Assembly: GCF_900230215.1 (NCBI RefSeq)
Contig: NZ_LT907982.1
Span: forward strand, 3,827,568 to 3,891,567
Origin: Jatrophihabitans sp. GAS493
GTDB taxonomy: Bacteria > Actinomycetota > Actinomycetes > Mycobacteriales > Jatrophihabitantaceae
Direction of reading: 5' to 3'
Length of the DNA stretch: 64,000 bases
The stretch's first letter is position 1; the number at the start of each line of letters is the position of its first letter. Under the pieces are notes generated by a model. That model worked only from the letters and a program-made list of their open reading frames with translations. It made no database searches and was not told the DNA's origin. Positions 21,391-30,956 of this stretch are shown piece by piece. A program made the translations under genes and the position numbers.

Positions 21391-23133
21391 ATGCGCCAAC
21401 TCAGACTCGCCCTAGCTCAGGTACCGCTCATCGTCGGTGACTTCGCCGCGAACTCCCGCGCCGTGCTGGAGTGGACAGCCGCTGCGGCCGCCGGTGGGGC
21501 ACAGCTTGTGCTCTTCCCCGAGATGACTCTCACCGGCTACCCGCCGGAGGATCTGGTCTTCCGGCGCTCCTTCGAGGACGCTTCGCGGGCCACCCTGGAG
21601 GCCCTGGCCCGGGCCCTGCAGGCGGCCGGCCAGGGCGAGATCGGCGTCGTCGTGGGCTTCCTGGACGAGTCGGGAGGTCCGCGCAACGCCAGCGCCTTCT
21701 GCCACCGCGGCGCGGTGACCGCGACCTACTTCAAGCACCACTTGCCCAACTACGGGGTATTCGACGAGGAGCGCTACTTCATCCCGGGAGACAGATTCAG
21801 CCTGGTGCGGTTCCGGGAGATCGACATCGCGATGACGATCTGTGAGGACATCTGGCAGGAGGGCGGCCCCTTCGCGGTGGCGGCCGAGGTGGGGGTTGAC
21901 CTGGTGGTCAACATCAACGGCTCGCCGTATGAACGGAACAAGGACGACGTCCGGCTTGAGCTGGCCACCCGCCGGGCGGCCGAGGCCCGGGCCACCGTCG
22001 CCTATGTCAACCAGGTGGGCGCCCAGGACGAGCTGGTCTTCGACGGCGACTCGTTCGTCATCGCATCCGACGGGAAGCTGCTGGCCCGGGCTCCGCAGTA
22101 CACCGAGGACCTCTACCTCGTCGACCTCACCTTCGACGGTGCGGCGGCGAGCCGAACATCGACTGCGACCGCGACTGCGACTGCGACTGCGTCGATGCCG
22201 CTGGACGCGGTCGACACCGGTACCGCACCCGTGCCGCCCTACCCGCCGGTGGCGGCCGACATCGCCGAGCGGATCTGCGACGAGGCCGAAGTCTGGGGCG
22301 CGCTCGTGCTGGGCACCCGCGACTACGTCCGCAAGAACGGCTTCCGCTCCGTCGTGGTCGCGATCTCCGGTGGTATCGACTCGGCCGTCGTCGCCGCGAT
22401 CGCCGCCGACGCGATCGGCGGCCAGAACGTCTACGGCGTGGCCCTGCCGAGTGAGTACTCATCAGAGCATTCGGTCTCCGACGCCGTGGATCTGGCCGAG
22501 CGCATCGGTGCGCATTACCGACTGATACCGATCGCTCCCATGGTGGATGCATTCGTCGGCTCGCTCGGGCTGACCGGCGTGGCCGAGGAGAACGTCCAGG
22601 CGCGGGTTCGTGGGACCACCCTGATGGCGCTGTCGAACGCCGAAGGGCACCTCGTGCTGGCGACCGGCAATAAGAGCGAGCTGGCCGTCGGCTACTCGAC
22701 GATCTACGGCGACGCGGTCGGGGGCTTCGCGCCGATCAAGGACGTCCCCAAGTCGCTGGTCTGGGCGCTGGCCCGCTGGCGCAACGCCGACGCCGCTGCC
22801 CGGGGCGAAGTCGAACCCATCCCGGCGAACTCGATCGAGAAGCCACCGTCGGCCGAATTGCGCCCGGGCCAGCTCGACAGTGATTCACTTCCCGACTACG
22901 AGCTACTCGATGAGATCCTGGCCAACTACGTCGACGGCGACAAGGGCTTCGACTCGATCGTGAAACTGGGCTTCGACCCGGAGTTGGTGACCCGGGTGGC
23001 CCGGATGGTGGATACGGCCGAGTGGAAACGCCGGCAGTACCCGATGGGGCCGAAGATCAGCTTCAAGTCGTTCGGACGTGACCGCCGGCTCCCGGTCACG
23101 AATCACTGGCGTGAACACCCCGCGCAGGGGTAG
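21391..23133 (+). CDS. nadE: Glutamine-dependent NAD+ synthetase (CN-hydrolase + NAD synthetase domains)
   Basis: N-terminal nitrilase-like domain LVLFPEMTLTGYPPEDL, C-terminal P-loop ISGGIDSAVVAAIA; start ATG 21391 with AGAGG upstream (ORF opens 21355); contains (TA)n coding microsatellite. Confidence 0.9.
   Translation: MRQLRLALAQVPLIVGDFAANSRAVLEWTAAAAAGGAQLVLFPEMTLTGYPPEDLVFRRSFEDASRATLEALARALQAAGQGEIGVVVGFLDESGGPRNASAFCHRGAVTATYFKHHLPNYGVFDEERYFIPGDRFSLVRFREIDIAMTICEDIWQEGGPFAVAAEVGVDLVVNINGSPYERNKDDVRLELATRRAAEARATVAYVNQVGAQDELVFDGDSFVIASDGKLLARAPQYTEDLYLVDLTFDGAAASRTSTATATATATASMPLDAVDTGTAPVPPYPPVAADIAERICDEAEVWGALVLGTRDYVRKNGFRSVVVAISGGIDSAVVAAIAADAIGGQNVYGVALPSEYSSEHSVSDAVDLAERIGAHYRLIPIAPMVDAFVGSLGLTGVAEENVQARVRGTTLMALSNAEGHLVLATGNKSELAVGYSTIYGDAVGGFAPIKDVPKSLVWALARWRNADAAARGEVEPIPANSIEKPPSAELRPGQLDSDSLPDYELLDEILANYVDGDKGFDSIVKLGFDPELVTRVARMVDTAEWKRRQYPMGPKISFKSFGRDRRLPVTNHWREHPAQG
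22161..22190. repeat. Hexanucleotide coding microsatellite (gactgc)5 in nadE
   Basis: gactgc gaccgc gactgc gactgc gactgc encodes TATATATATA at the inter-domain junction of NadE. Confidence 0.8.
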
Positions 23134-23249
23134 CCCGAACGACCTGTGAGTGGGTTCACAGCGACATCTACCGGACATGGGTGCAACATTATGGACGTCC
23201 ACCCATATGAGCCCGGGGACCGAGCGATCGGCCTCGAGGAGAACGGGGT

Positions 23250-24092
23250 TTGATTGTCATGAGCGAGACCCTCTACGGCGCTGTCACGTCGCGCCGCATC
23301 ACCATCCGCGACCTGCAGCAGGCGAAGGCGACCCATGAGCGCTGGACCATGCTCACCGCTTACGACTACTCCACGGCGCGCTGCTTCGACGAGGCCGGCA
23401 CCCCCGCGCTGCTGGTCGGCGACTCAGCGGCGAACGTCGTGTACGGCTACGACAGCACTGTCCCGGTGACCGTCGATGAACTCCTCCCGCTGGTCCGCGG
23501 CGTCGTCCGTGGTACCAAGCGCGCACTCGTCGTTGCCGACCTTCCGTTCGGCAGCTATGAGGCCTCCGCTCAGCAGGCCCTCGAAACCGCCGTGCGGTTC
23601 ATGAAGGAGGGTGGCGCCCAGGCGGTGAAGCTTGAGGGCGGCCACCGGGTGCTTCCGCAGGTGGAGGCGCTCACCAACGCCGGCATCCCGGTGATGGCTC
23701 ACATCGGGCTCACCCCCCAGTCGGTCAACACGCTAGGCGGATACCGCGTTCAGGGCCGAGGGGACGAGGCGGCCCATCGGTTGCTCCTGGACGCCAAGGC
23801 GCTTCAGCACGCGGGCGCCTTCGCCGTGGTGCTCGAAGTTGTGCCCGCCGACGTAGCCCGATCGGTCACCGAGCAACTCCAGATCCCGACGGTCGGCATC
23901 GGCGCCGGCCAGGACTGCGATGCCCAGGTACTCGTCTGGCAGGACATGGCCGGACTGCGCGGCGAGCGGAAGCCGGCCAAGTTCGTCAAGGAGTTCGCCG
24001 ACGTGGGGTCAATCCTGCGGGGTGCGGCCACCCAGTTCGCCGACGAAGTGCGCAGCGGCGCCTACCCGGCCGCGGAGCACACCTACAGCTGA
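23250..24092 (+). CDS. panB: 3-methyl-2-oxobutanoate hydroxymethyltransferase (ketopantoate hydroxymethyltransferase)
   Basis: 280 aa; [30 protein letters not shown] motifs. Confidence 0.92.
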   Translation: MIVMSETLYGAVTSRRITIRDLQQAKATHERWTMLTAYDYSTARCFDEAGTPALLVGDSAANVVYGYDSTVPVTVDELLPLVRGVVRGTKRALVVADLPFGSYEASAQQALETAVRFMKEGGAQAVKLEGGHRVLPQVEALTNAGIPVMAHIGLTPQSVNTLGGYRVQGRGDEAAHRLLLDAKALQHAGAFAVVLEVVPADVARSVTEQLQIPTVGIGAGQDCDAQVLVWQDMAGLRGERKPAKFVKEFADVGSILRGAATQFADEVRSGAYPAAEHTYS

Positions 24093-24100
24093 TCGGGCCG

Positions 24101-24769
24101 CTAGAGGCCGGTGATGCGGATGCCGGCGTGCGTCTTGTATCGACGGTTCACCGCGATGAGGTTGGCGGTGAGCGCCTCGACCTGACCGGCGTTGCGCAGC
24201 CGCCCGCCGAAGATGCCGCGCACGCCGGGCAGCAGTTCGGCCAGCGCCTGCACCGTGTCGGTCGCTGATCGCTCTTCGCCGAGCACCAGGACGTCGAGGT
24301 CCAGGTCGCTGACCGTCGGGTCGGAGAGCAGCACAGCACTCACGTGGTGGAAAGCGGCGACCACGGTGGAGTCCGGGAGCAATCGCGCTGCCTCCTCGGC
24401 TGCACTACCGTCGTCGGTCAGCAGCGGGTACGGGCCGCGTTCGTCGAAGCCCATCGGGTTCACGCAGTCGACGACGATCTTGCCCTTCAACTCGGTGACC
24501 AGCCCGGTGAGCGTCTTCTCGTGAGCCTCCCAGGGCACCGCGACGACAATCACATCGGCCGCGGAGGCTGCGCCCGCGTTGGAGGCTCCGGTGACCCGGC
24601 CGCCGGTGATTCGGCCACTGAGCTCATCTGCGGCCGTGTGAGCCCGCTCGGCGTCTCGCGACCCGATGATCACGCTGACGCCGGCGTTGGCGAATCGATA
24701 GGCCAGTCCCTGGCCCTGCCCGCCGGTGCCTCCCAGGATCGCGATGGTCAAAGCGGTGACGTCAGTCAA
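24101..24769 (-). CDS. fno: F420-dependent NADP(H) oxidoreductase (Fno/NpdG family)
   Basis: 222 aa; Rossmann IAILGGTGGQGQGLAYRFANAG; family size and C-terminal region consistent. Confidence 0.85.
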   Translation of the reverse strand: MTDVTALTIAILGGTGGQGQGLAYRFANAGVSVIIGSRDAERAHTAADELSGRITGGRVTGASNAGAASAADVIVVAVPWEAHEKTLTGLVTELKGKIVVDCVNPMGFDERGPYPLLTDDGSAAEEAARLLPDSTVVAAFHHVSAVLLSDPTVSDLDLDVLVLGEERSATDTVQALAELLPGVRGIFGGRLRNAGQVEALTANLIAVNRRYKTHAGIRITGL

Positions 24770-24944
24770 GGAGTTCTCCTAATGCACGGCTAGCTCGGTC
24801 CGCAGGCGCTTTCCACCGGCAGAGATCCGACGTTACGCGAAGCCGTACTGAGACTGATCAGCCGTACCTGCATCCCAGTCTTGGCGACCACTGAGATGCT
24901 GACGCGATCCGGTATGCCGTCAGGCACCGGCCGGGGCTGTGGGC

Positions 24945-25490
24945 TTAACGGCCGGTTCGGCGCGCTACGACCTTCTTAGCCGGAGCCTTGCGGGCGGGCG
25001 CCTTCTTCGCCGGCGCCTTGGTGGCCGGCGCCTTGCGGGCCGGAGCCTTGCGGGCCGGAGCCTTGGTGGCGGTGGTCTTCTTGACCGGTGCCTTCTTCGC
25101 GACGACCTTCTTCACGGGTGCCTTCTTGGCCACAGCCTTGGCGACGACGCTCTTGGCCGGCGCCTTCTTCGCGGGCGCCTTCTTCGCAGGTGCCTTCGCG
25201 GCCACAACCTTCTTGACCGGCGCCTTCTTCGCGACGACCTTCTTGACCGGCGCCTTCTTCGCGACGACCTTCTTCGCGACGACCTTCTTGGCGGGTGCCT
25301 TCTTGGCGGGTGCCTTCTTCGCGGGAGCCTTCGCGGCCACAACCTTTTTGACCGGCGCCTTCTTCGCCGGTGCCTTCGCGGCCACAACCTTCTTAGCGGG
25401 CGCCTTCTTCGCGGCCACCACTTTCTTCGCAGGCGCAGCTTTCTTCACTGCCGCTTTCCTAGCGGGCGCCTTCTTGGCCGGTGCGGTCAT
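24945..25490 (-). CDS. Lysine/alanine-rich histone H1-like (HU C-terminal-tail-like) nucleoid-associated protein, no globular domain
   Basis: 181 aa made almost entirely of [11 protein letters not shown]-type repeats (~33-bp DNA periodicity); strong SD AGGAGG 8 nt upstream of ATG at 25490; resembles PAKK/KAAK tails of mycobacterial HupB and actinobacterial H1-like proteins. Confidence 0.6.
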   Translation of the reverse strand: MTAPAKKAPARKAAVKKAAPAKKVVAAKKAPAKKVVAAKAPAKKAPVKKVVAAKAPAKKAPAKKAPAKKVVAKKVVAKKAPVKKVVAKKAPVKKVVAAKAPAKKAPAKKAPAKSVVAKAVAKKAPVKKVVAKKAPVKKTTATKAPARKAPARKAPATKAPAKKAPARKAPAKKVVARRTGR

Positions 25491-25640
25491 CTTGTGTTCC
25501 TCCTAGAGAGAACGAACGGTCTGAAAAAACCTTCGATAACACACAGTTGACGATGGCTAACCGCCGTCGTCAATACGCCACGCCGCATTCATGTTGCCGA
25601 CGGATCGCGGTAACTCACCGCGACGAATACGCCGAACCAT

Positions 25641-25832
25641 TCAATCCTGATCGGACTCCTCTAGTTTATAAGCCTTTTCTCGGTCGGCAATCGTCTGTAA
25701 CGCGTGGGCTGCGGCATCGGCGGTTTCGAACGGCCCAATTTTATTTTCGCTGTCGACGTCTGCGAAAACCTCGACGCGATGATGGGTAACGCAGTACCAG
25801 AACGTCCCATCCTGATCCTTGGTGGAGAACAT
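25641..25832 (-). CDS. Small hypothetical protein (63 aa)
   Basis: ATG preceded by AGGAG 9 nt upstream; sequence MFSTKDQDGTFWYCVTHHRVEVF... non-repetitive with good GC3. Confidence 0.45.
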   Translation of the reverse strand: MFSTKDQDGTFWYCVTHHRVEVFADVDSENKIGPFETADAAAHALQTIADREKAYKLEESDQD

Positions 25833-25920
25833 CGAATCACTCCTGTCATGGCGAACGTAGCGCTGCCCGACGTGGCAGTTGCTGCCTATCTGAGTATTCC
25901 TACCCAGATAGGCAGCGGAC

Positions 25921-26311
25921 GAGTCGACCTATAAGCCGGGTCCTGTCCCGACGCGAACGCCGGGGGCGATCATCCATCTACGCCTACCGTCACCGGCAGG
26001 CTCTAGCGGTCTACCCGCAGACTCGGGCGAGCAGCCCTCGAACGCCTGCGCAAGCCAATGAAACATTGGCTCTTCTCGACCTTGCTCCGGGTGGGGTTTA
26101 CCTAGCCGCCGCAGTTGCCCACGACGCTGGTGGTCTCTTACACCGCCGTTTCACCCTTACCCACACGCGAACGCGTGGGCGGTCTCTTCTCTGTGGCACT
26201 TTCCCGCGGGTCGCCCCGGGTTGCCGTTAACAACCACCCTGCTCTGTGGAGCCCGGACTTTCCTCGGCGAAGTCGGTAAGGACTTCGACGCGATCGCCCG
26301 GTCGGCTCGTC
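25921..26311 (-). ncRNA. rnpB: RNase P RNA (bacterial type A)
   Basis: Minus strand contains universal P4 motif GAGGAAAGUCCGGGCUCCACAGAGCAGGGUG near the 5' end and ACAGGACCCGGCUUAU near the 3' end; terminal strands can form P1 (GAGCCGACC / GGUCGACUC). A 121-aa ORF (26138..26503) across it is spurious. Confidence 0.85.
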
Positions 26312-26360
26312 CGCCGCGCCGCCGATGCTACCTGGTTGCCGCCTCGATAGCCTTCGGTAC

Positions 26361-27113
26361 GTGACGCTCCCCCATATCGCTCTCCTCCTGATCGCTGGAT
26401 TCGCCGGAGGGTTCGTCAACGCGATCGCCGGTGGCGGGTCGCTCCTGGTTTTTCCGGCTCTTCTGGCGACTGGCCTCGGCACGGTCGCCGCCAACGTCAC
26501 CAACTCGGTGGCCCTATGGCCGGGCTACATCGGCAACCTGGCCGGTCTCGGGCGAGCCGCCGTGGACGAGGCCCGGGCCAGGGTCGATCTCGCCCTGATC
26601 GCGGTGCTCGGCGCAGCGGTTGGCGCCGCCACTCTCCTCGTCACCCCGGAAGGCGCCTTCGATTTTGTCGTGCCGATACTGGTGATCGTCGCGTCACTGC
26701 TGGTCGGCGTCCAGCCGGTGATCGCCCGGCGGATCGGTGCCGAACAACACCGACGGCCGGTGGCTCTTCGCGTCGCCGTGGGTGTCGGCTCGTTTTATGG
26801 CGGCTACTTCGGGGGTGGCCTCGGCGTCATCCTCTTGGCCGCGATCGGTCTGACGATGGCGGCGCCACTGCGCGAGATGAATGTGCTGAAGGCCGTACTG
26901 ACGATGGTCGTCTCGACGGTCTCACTCTTGACCTTCGTCTTCTTCGCTCCGGTGCACTGGGGCGACGTCGCCGTCATCGCGCCGGCCGCGCTCCTCGGCG
27001 GCGTACTCGGAGGCCGGGCCGCTCGCGTCGTCGACGAGCGTGCGCTCCGGATCGCCATCGTCACCTTCGGGCTGGGTATCGGCCTCTGGTTGGGCATCCG
27101 CGTCTACGCCTGA
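26361..27113 (+). CDS. Sulfite exporter TauE/SafE family membrane protein
   Basis: Multiple TM helices; GFAGGFVNAIAGGGSLLVFPAL and internal repeat GGYFGGGLGVILL; GTG 26361 chosen so as not to overlap rnpB (ORF opens 26325). Confidence 0.8.
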   Translation: MTLPHIALLLIAGFAGGFVNAIAGGGSLLVFPALLATGLGTVAANVTNSVALWPGYIGNLAGLGRAAVDEARARVDLALIAVLGAAVGAATLLVTPEGAFDFVVPILVIVASLLVGVQPVIARRIGAEQHRRPVALRVAVGVGSFYGGYFGGGLGVILLAAIGLTMAAPLREMNVLKAVLTMVVSTVSLLTFVFFAPVHWGDVAVIAPAALLGGVLGGRAARVVDERALRIAIVTFGLGIGLWLGIRVYA

Positions 27114-27182
27114 CCACTCGATCCGCACCCACTGGAACGTCCCGCAACGGTGCCTACCACGCCCCAGCGTCGCCGAACCAGC

Positions 27183-28481
27183 CTAAGAAATAGGGGACTT
27201 CTCGTCCAGTCGCTCGAGGTGGCTGATGTCATTGACCAGGCGGACCGAGGCGTTTCCGTCGGCGAAGTAGTCGATGATCGAGATCGAGGCGGTATCGAGA
27301 TGAATTCGGAACAGCGTCTCGTGCGGTGCGCCGAGGGCGAGCCGTAGCAGCGTCTTGATCGGGGTGACGTGGGTAACCACGACAACCGTCTGCCCGGGGT
27401 AGGCGCTGATCAGCTCGTCACGGCCACGGCGTACCCGCTGCGCCACCTGCGCGAACGACTCACCGCCGGGGGCCGGTATCTCGCCGGTGCTCGAGAACTC
27501 GGCGAACTCGACCGGCCAGCGACTCGTCACCTCCGCCATGCTCAACCCCTCCCAGGCCCCGAAGTCGAGTTCGACCAAGGCGGGAACTGCGCGCACCGGC
27601 GCCTCGCCGGCGATCACCTGAGCCGTCTGCAGACAACGCGGCAGTGGCGAGGCGACCACCGCGGCGACGCCGGGTATCCGGCGCAGTCGCGCCCGTAGCG
27701 ACTCGGCCTGGGCCTCGCCGTCGGCCGAGAGCGGAAGATCATTGCGACCGGAGAAGAGCCGCTGCGGTGAGTGGGTCGTCGAGCCGTGGCGCACCAGGAT
27801 CAGGCGGGTGGGAACGCTGGAACTCGGTGTCCAACTCGGCGCGGGAGTTGTCGAAGGGGCCGGAGTGCTCGCCGCAGCCGGAGCGCTCGCCGCAGCCGGG
27901 GCGCTCACCACAGCCGGAGTGCTCGCCGCAGCCGGGGGGCTCACCACAGCCGGACCGTTAGCCGCGGCCGGATCGGTGGATCGACTGGCCGGCGGCCGGG
28001 GCGAAGCCTCCGAACCGCCCGATGCGCCCGATGCGCCCCCAGCGGCCACCCGTTTGACCTTCGGTTCGATGCCCGCGGCACGATCCATCGCCTCGTTGGC
28101 CAGCCGGTCGGCATACTTGTTCCGCTCCCGCGGGATCCACCGGTAATGGATCTCCTCGAACTGCAGGGCCAGCTCCAGAGCCTCGTCTCGCAACGCCCGC
28201 ATTCCTGCGTGTTTGGCCTGCCAGCTGCCCTTCATCTGCTCGACGACCAGTTTCGAGTCCATCTGGACCATGACTGAGGTAGCGCCGAGTTCGGCCGCGG
28301 CCCGCAGCCCGGCGATCAGCCCGCTGTACTCGGCCACGTTGTTCGTCTGGACGCCCAACGGTTCGTTGCGCTCGGCCAGGACCTCACCGCTGTCGGCGTC
28401 GAAGACAACGGCTCCATACGCGGCCGGACCCGGGTTACCTCGTGACCCGCCGTCGGCCTCGACGATGACGTGACGTCTCAC
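27183..28481 (-). CDS. Bifunctional RNase H / histidine-phosphatase (CobC-like acid phosphatase) protein (Rv2228c-like)
   Basis: N-terminal RNase H domain EADGGSRGNPGPAAYGAV, Pro/Ala linker, C-terminal phosphoglycerate-mutase-family RHG motif LILVRHGST. Confidence 0.85.
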   Translation of the reverse strand: MRRHVIVEADGGSRGNPGPAAYGAVVFDADSGEVLAERNEPLGVQTNNVAEYSGLIAGLRAAAELGATSVMVQMDSKLVVEQMKGSWQAKHAGMRALRDEALELALQFEEIHYRWIPRERNKYADRLANEAMDRAAGIEPKVKRVAAGGASGASGGSEASPRPPASRSTDPAAANGPAVVSPPAAASTPAVVSAPAAASAPAAASTPAPSTTPAPSWTPSSSVPTRLILVRHGSTTHSPQRLFSGRNDLPLSADGEAQAESLRARLRRIPGVAAVVASPLPRCLQTAQVIAGEAPVRAVPALVELDFGAWEGLSMAEVTSRWPVEFAEFSSTGEIPAPGGESFAQVAQRVRRGRDELISAYPGQTVVVVTHVTPIKTLLRLALGAPHETLFRIHLDTASISIIDYFADGNASVRLVNDISHLERLDEKSPIS

Positions 28482-29218
28482 AACCCGGACTCGGCGGTGC
28501 GGACCAGGATGATGCGGCAGTTGTCGCAGCGCAGCACCGAGTCCGGTGCCGCACTGCGTAGTGCTGAGATCTCGCTGCTCGCCAACTCCATCCGGCAGCC
28601 CTCGCAGCGCCGCTGGCGCAGCATGGCCGCACCCGTCCCGCCGTTCGGGGTACGAACCTTCTCATACAGCGCCAGTAGATCGTCGGGGATCTCAGCGGCG
28701 ATCGACTCGCGCTGCTGGCTACGTTCCTGATGCGCGGCGTCAATCTCGGAGAATGCGCGGTCGCGGGCGACGAGGAGGTCGTCGCGCTCCACCTGAACGG
28801 CGCCGCGCAGGGTGAGGCGTTCGTTCTCCTGCCCCTCGAGGCCTTCGCGCTGCTCCATCACCTCGATGACGGCATCCTCGAGGGTCGCCTGGCGGCGGGC
28901 CAGCGACGTGATCTCGTGCTGCAGTCCTTCGAGGTCCTTCGCCGCAAGGCCGCCGGAGGTCATCCGCTGCTCATCGCGGGCCGCCCGCTCTCGCACTCCG
29001 TCCACCTCGCCCTCGATGCGCGTCTGCTCAGCTATGACGTCTCCGAGTTGGGTCTGGATCTCGACGATCTCCTCGTTCACCCCGGCTAGGCGCCGGTCGG
29101 CATCCTCCAGGGCGGCGAGTTCGGGCAGCGTCTTGCGCTTGTGCGCCAGCTGGGCCAGGGCGGTGTCGACGGCTTGCAGGTCGAGCAGTCGGAGCTGGGA
29201 TGCGGGTTCAGCGATCAC
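28478..29218 (-). CDS. Zinc-ribbon/coiled-coil protein (COG1579, Rv2229c-like)
   Basis: Long coiled-coil, C-terminal CEGC...CDNC zinc ribbon; likely GTG start at 29218 overlapping nif3 stop (GTGA), giving 246 aa as in the mycobacterial homologue (ORF opens at ATG 29263); stop overlaps downstream start (ATGA). Confidence 0.8.
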   Translation of the reverse strand: MIAEPASQLRLLDLQAVDTALAQLAHKRKTLPELAALEDADRRLAGVNEEIVEIQTQLGDVIAEQTRIEGEVDGVRERAARDEQRMTSGGLAAKDLEGLQHEITSLARRQATLEDAVIEVMEQREGLEGQENERLTLRGAVQVERDDLLVARDRAFSEIDAAHQERSQQRESIAAEIPDDLLALYEKVRTPNGGTGAAMLRQRRCEGCRMELASSEISALRSAAPDSVLRCDNCRIILVRTAESGL

Positions 29219-30381
29219 GGTGAAGACGGACTCGATTCTGGTGATGGGGCGTGCAGTGTCCATGGGTCGGTGACCTGAGTGGACACTGCAACCTTAAGGC
29301 CATCGGCGGTATCACCGAAGTGTGTGCTCAACCGCAGCGAAAGTTCGTCCAGCCAGGGCGACTCGGTGGCCCAGTGAGCGGCGTCCACCAGGGCCATCGC
29401 CGCCGGGCCCAGTTCGGTGACCGCCTCCACCGCCGGGTGGTGGCGAAGATCAGCGGTGACGTAGGCATCCGCCCCGCCGCGGCGAGCGGCTTCGATGAGT
29501 GAACCGCCCGCTCCGCCGCAGACGGCAACCGTCTCCACCCGACGCTGCGGGTCACCGGCCGCCCGCACTCCCCAGCTGGTCGCCGGCAGCGAGCGAGCGC
29601 AATGCTGGGTGAACTCGCGCAGCGACATCGCCTCGGCGAGCGTTCCGATCCGACCGGTACCGAGACGGGAGTTGACGGTGGCCTGCTCGAAGATGTCGAA
29701 GGCGGGCTCTTCATAGGGGTGCGTGGCGCGGAGGGCGGCGATCACCGGCTCACGCCGCCGGCGCGGCAGCACCATCTCCAGCCGGCTCTCGGGCACCTCG
29801 GCCCGCTCCCCCACCGTGCCGATCGTGGGATCGGCGCCCGGCAACGGTCGAAATGATCCGACCCCTTCGGAGACGAAGCTGCAACCGTCATAGTCTCCGA
29901 TCGCCCCGGCCCCCGCGGCGGCGAGGGCCGCTCGGAGTTGATCGGTGACCGCGGTGGGAACGAAGACGACCAGCTTGTCCAGGGCGGGCAGCGGCAGCGG
30001 GTCGAGGGGACGCAGCGAGGAGAGGCCGAGTCGGGCCGCGAGCGCATCGGAGACCCCGGGGACGGCGACGTCGGCGTTGGTGTGCGCGACGAAATGCGCC
30101 ACCCGGGAGCGGATCATCGCGTGCACCAGCCCACCCTTGGGGTCATCGGCGGCAACGCCGTGGACACCCTTCATGAGCAGCGGATGATGAGTGATCAATA
30201 GCTGCGCTCCGGAGTCAATCGCCTCCGCTACGGTGTCGGGCACGGCATCGACGGCCAGTAGCACCCGCTCGACCGGCTCACCCGGATCGCCACAGACCAG
30301 TCCGACCGCATCCCATGGCTCGGCCGTCGCCGGGTCGAACCACGACTGCATTGCCTCGATCACGTCAGCTAAAAGGACCAC
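29215..30381 (-). CDS. Nif3-like dinuclear metal centre protein (YqfO/Rv2230c-like)
   Basis: LADVIEAMQSWFDP...AVGLVCGDP N-terminus and HHP / HTN metal-ligand motifs. ORF runs up to 30942 but the N-terminal 190 codons are low-complexity; start placed at GTG 30381 (ATG 30351 alternative). Confidence 0.85.
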   Translation of the reverse strand: MVLLADVIEAMQSWFDPATAEPWDAVGLVCGDPGEPVERVLLAVDAVPDTVAEAIDSGAQLLITHHPLLMKGVHGVAADDPKGGLVHAMIRSRVAHFVAHTNADVAVPGVSDALAARLGLSSLRPLDPLPLPALDKLVVFVPTAVTDQLRAALAAAGAGAIGDYDGCSFVSEGVGSFRPLPGADPTIGTVGERAEVPESRLEMVLPRRRREPVIAALRATHPYEEPAFDIFEQATVNSRLGTGRIGTLAEAMSLREFTQHCARSLPATSWGVRAAGDPQRRVETVAVCGGAGGSLIEAARRGGADAYVTADLRHHPAVEAVTELGPAAMALVDAAHWATESPWLDELSLRLSTHFGDTADGLKVAVSTQVTDPWTLHAPSPESSPSSP

Positions 30382-30504
30382 TGTGCAGACGTTACCGCCG
30401 CCGGCGCGGGGGTGAGAATCTGCGCTGGCGCAGCCCACCGGGCCATGGCAGAATCCGTCACTCACAGCGCGGACAACACCCGCGCTCAGGGTGGAGGGAC
30501 CCTC

Positions 30505-30888
30505 ATGATTTTTGCTGACGGAACGTTGGGACTCATCGTCTTCGGACTCTGGATCTTCTGCATCATCGACGTGATCACCACCGATGAGTCGCAGTGCCGG
30601 AACCTGCCGAAGCTGGCCTGGCTGTTCATCGTGCTCTTCCTCTTCGACATCGGTTCGATCATCTGGCTCATCGCGGGAAGCGCGCGCACCAACAAGGCCG
30701 CCAGCGGACTGCCGTACAAGGGCAACGCCGGCAATGGCAGCCGCTTCCCCGAGTACGAGCGTCAGGGCCGCATTCCGGCCACCAACCCCGACGACGACGA
30801 GGCCTTTCTGCGCCAGTGTCGGGAGCGGGCCGAGAAGCAGCGTCAGCAGCTCAAGCGAAACCAGCAGGCCCAGGAAGACGGCGCCTGA
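30505..30888 (+). CDS. PLD nuclease N-terminal domain (PLDc_N) small membrane protein
   Basis: GGAGGGA SD before ATG 30505; two TM helices then charged tail; PLDc_N-like LIWLIAG pattern. Confidence 0.6.
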   Translation: MIFADGTLGLIVFGLWIFCIIDVITTDESQCRNLPKLAWLFIVLFLFDIGSIIWLIAGSARTNKAASGLPYKGNAGNGSRFPEYERQGRIPATNPDDDEAFLRQCRERAEKQRQQLKRNQQAQEDGA

Positions 30889-30956
30889 ATCGCGAATTTC
30901 GGCACTTATTTCTACTCCGGTTCGCCGGGAACACAACGCCAAATCGTGTGATCACG

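Noticed and set aside
24770-24944. Possible terminator hairpin between the Lys/Ala-rich gene and fno
   Set aside because: Only an imperfect stem (CCGGCCG...CGGCCGG) with a long loop and no U-tract; not convincing.
24939-25550. Plus-strand ORFs (203 aa and 172 aa) over the Lys/Ala repeat gene
   Set aside because: The repeat keeps several frames open. The minus-strand frame was chosen because it has a consensus AGGAGG RBS and yields a known protein type. The plus frames give Leu/Arg/Gly or Gly/Ala/Phe polymers.
26138-26503. 121-aa minus-strand ORF
   Set aside because: It overlaps the RNase P RNA gene; an Arg/Pro-rich translation is typical of a non-coding GC-rich region.
30382-30942. N-terminal 190-codon extension of the nif3 ORF (575-aa version)
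   Set aside because: The extension is low-complexity, has no homology, and would overlap the divergent PLDc_N gene promoter. Nif3 homology begins at LADVIEAMQSW.
30594-30956. Upstream part of the 205-aa ORF 30594..31211
   Set aside because: It overlaps the PLDc_N gene in another frame and translates to a Pro/Arg/Gly-rich sequence. Only the NfeD-like C-terminal 84 codons were retained.
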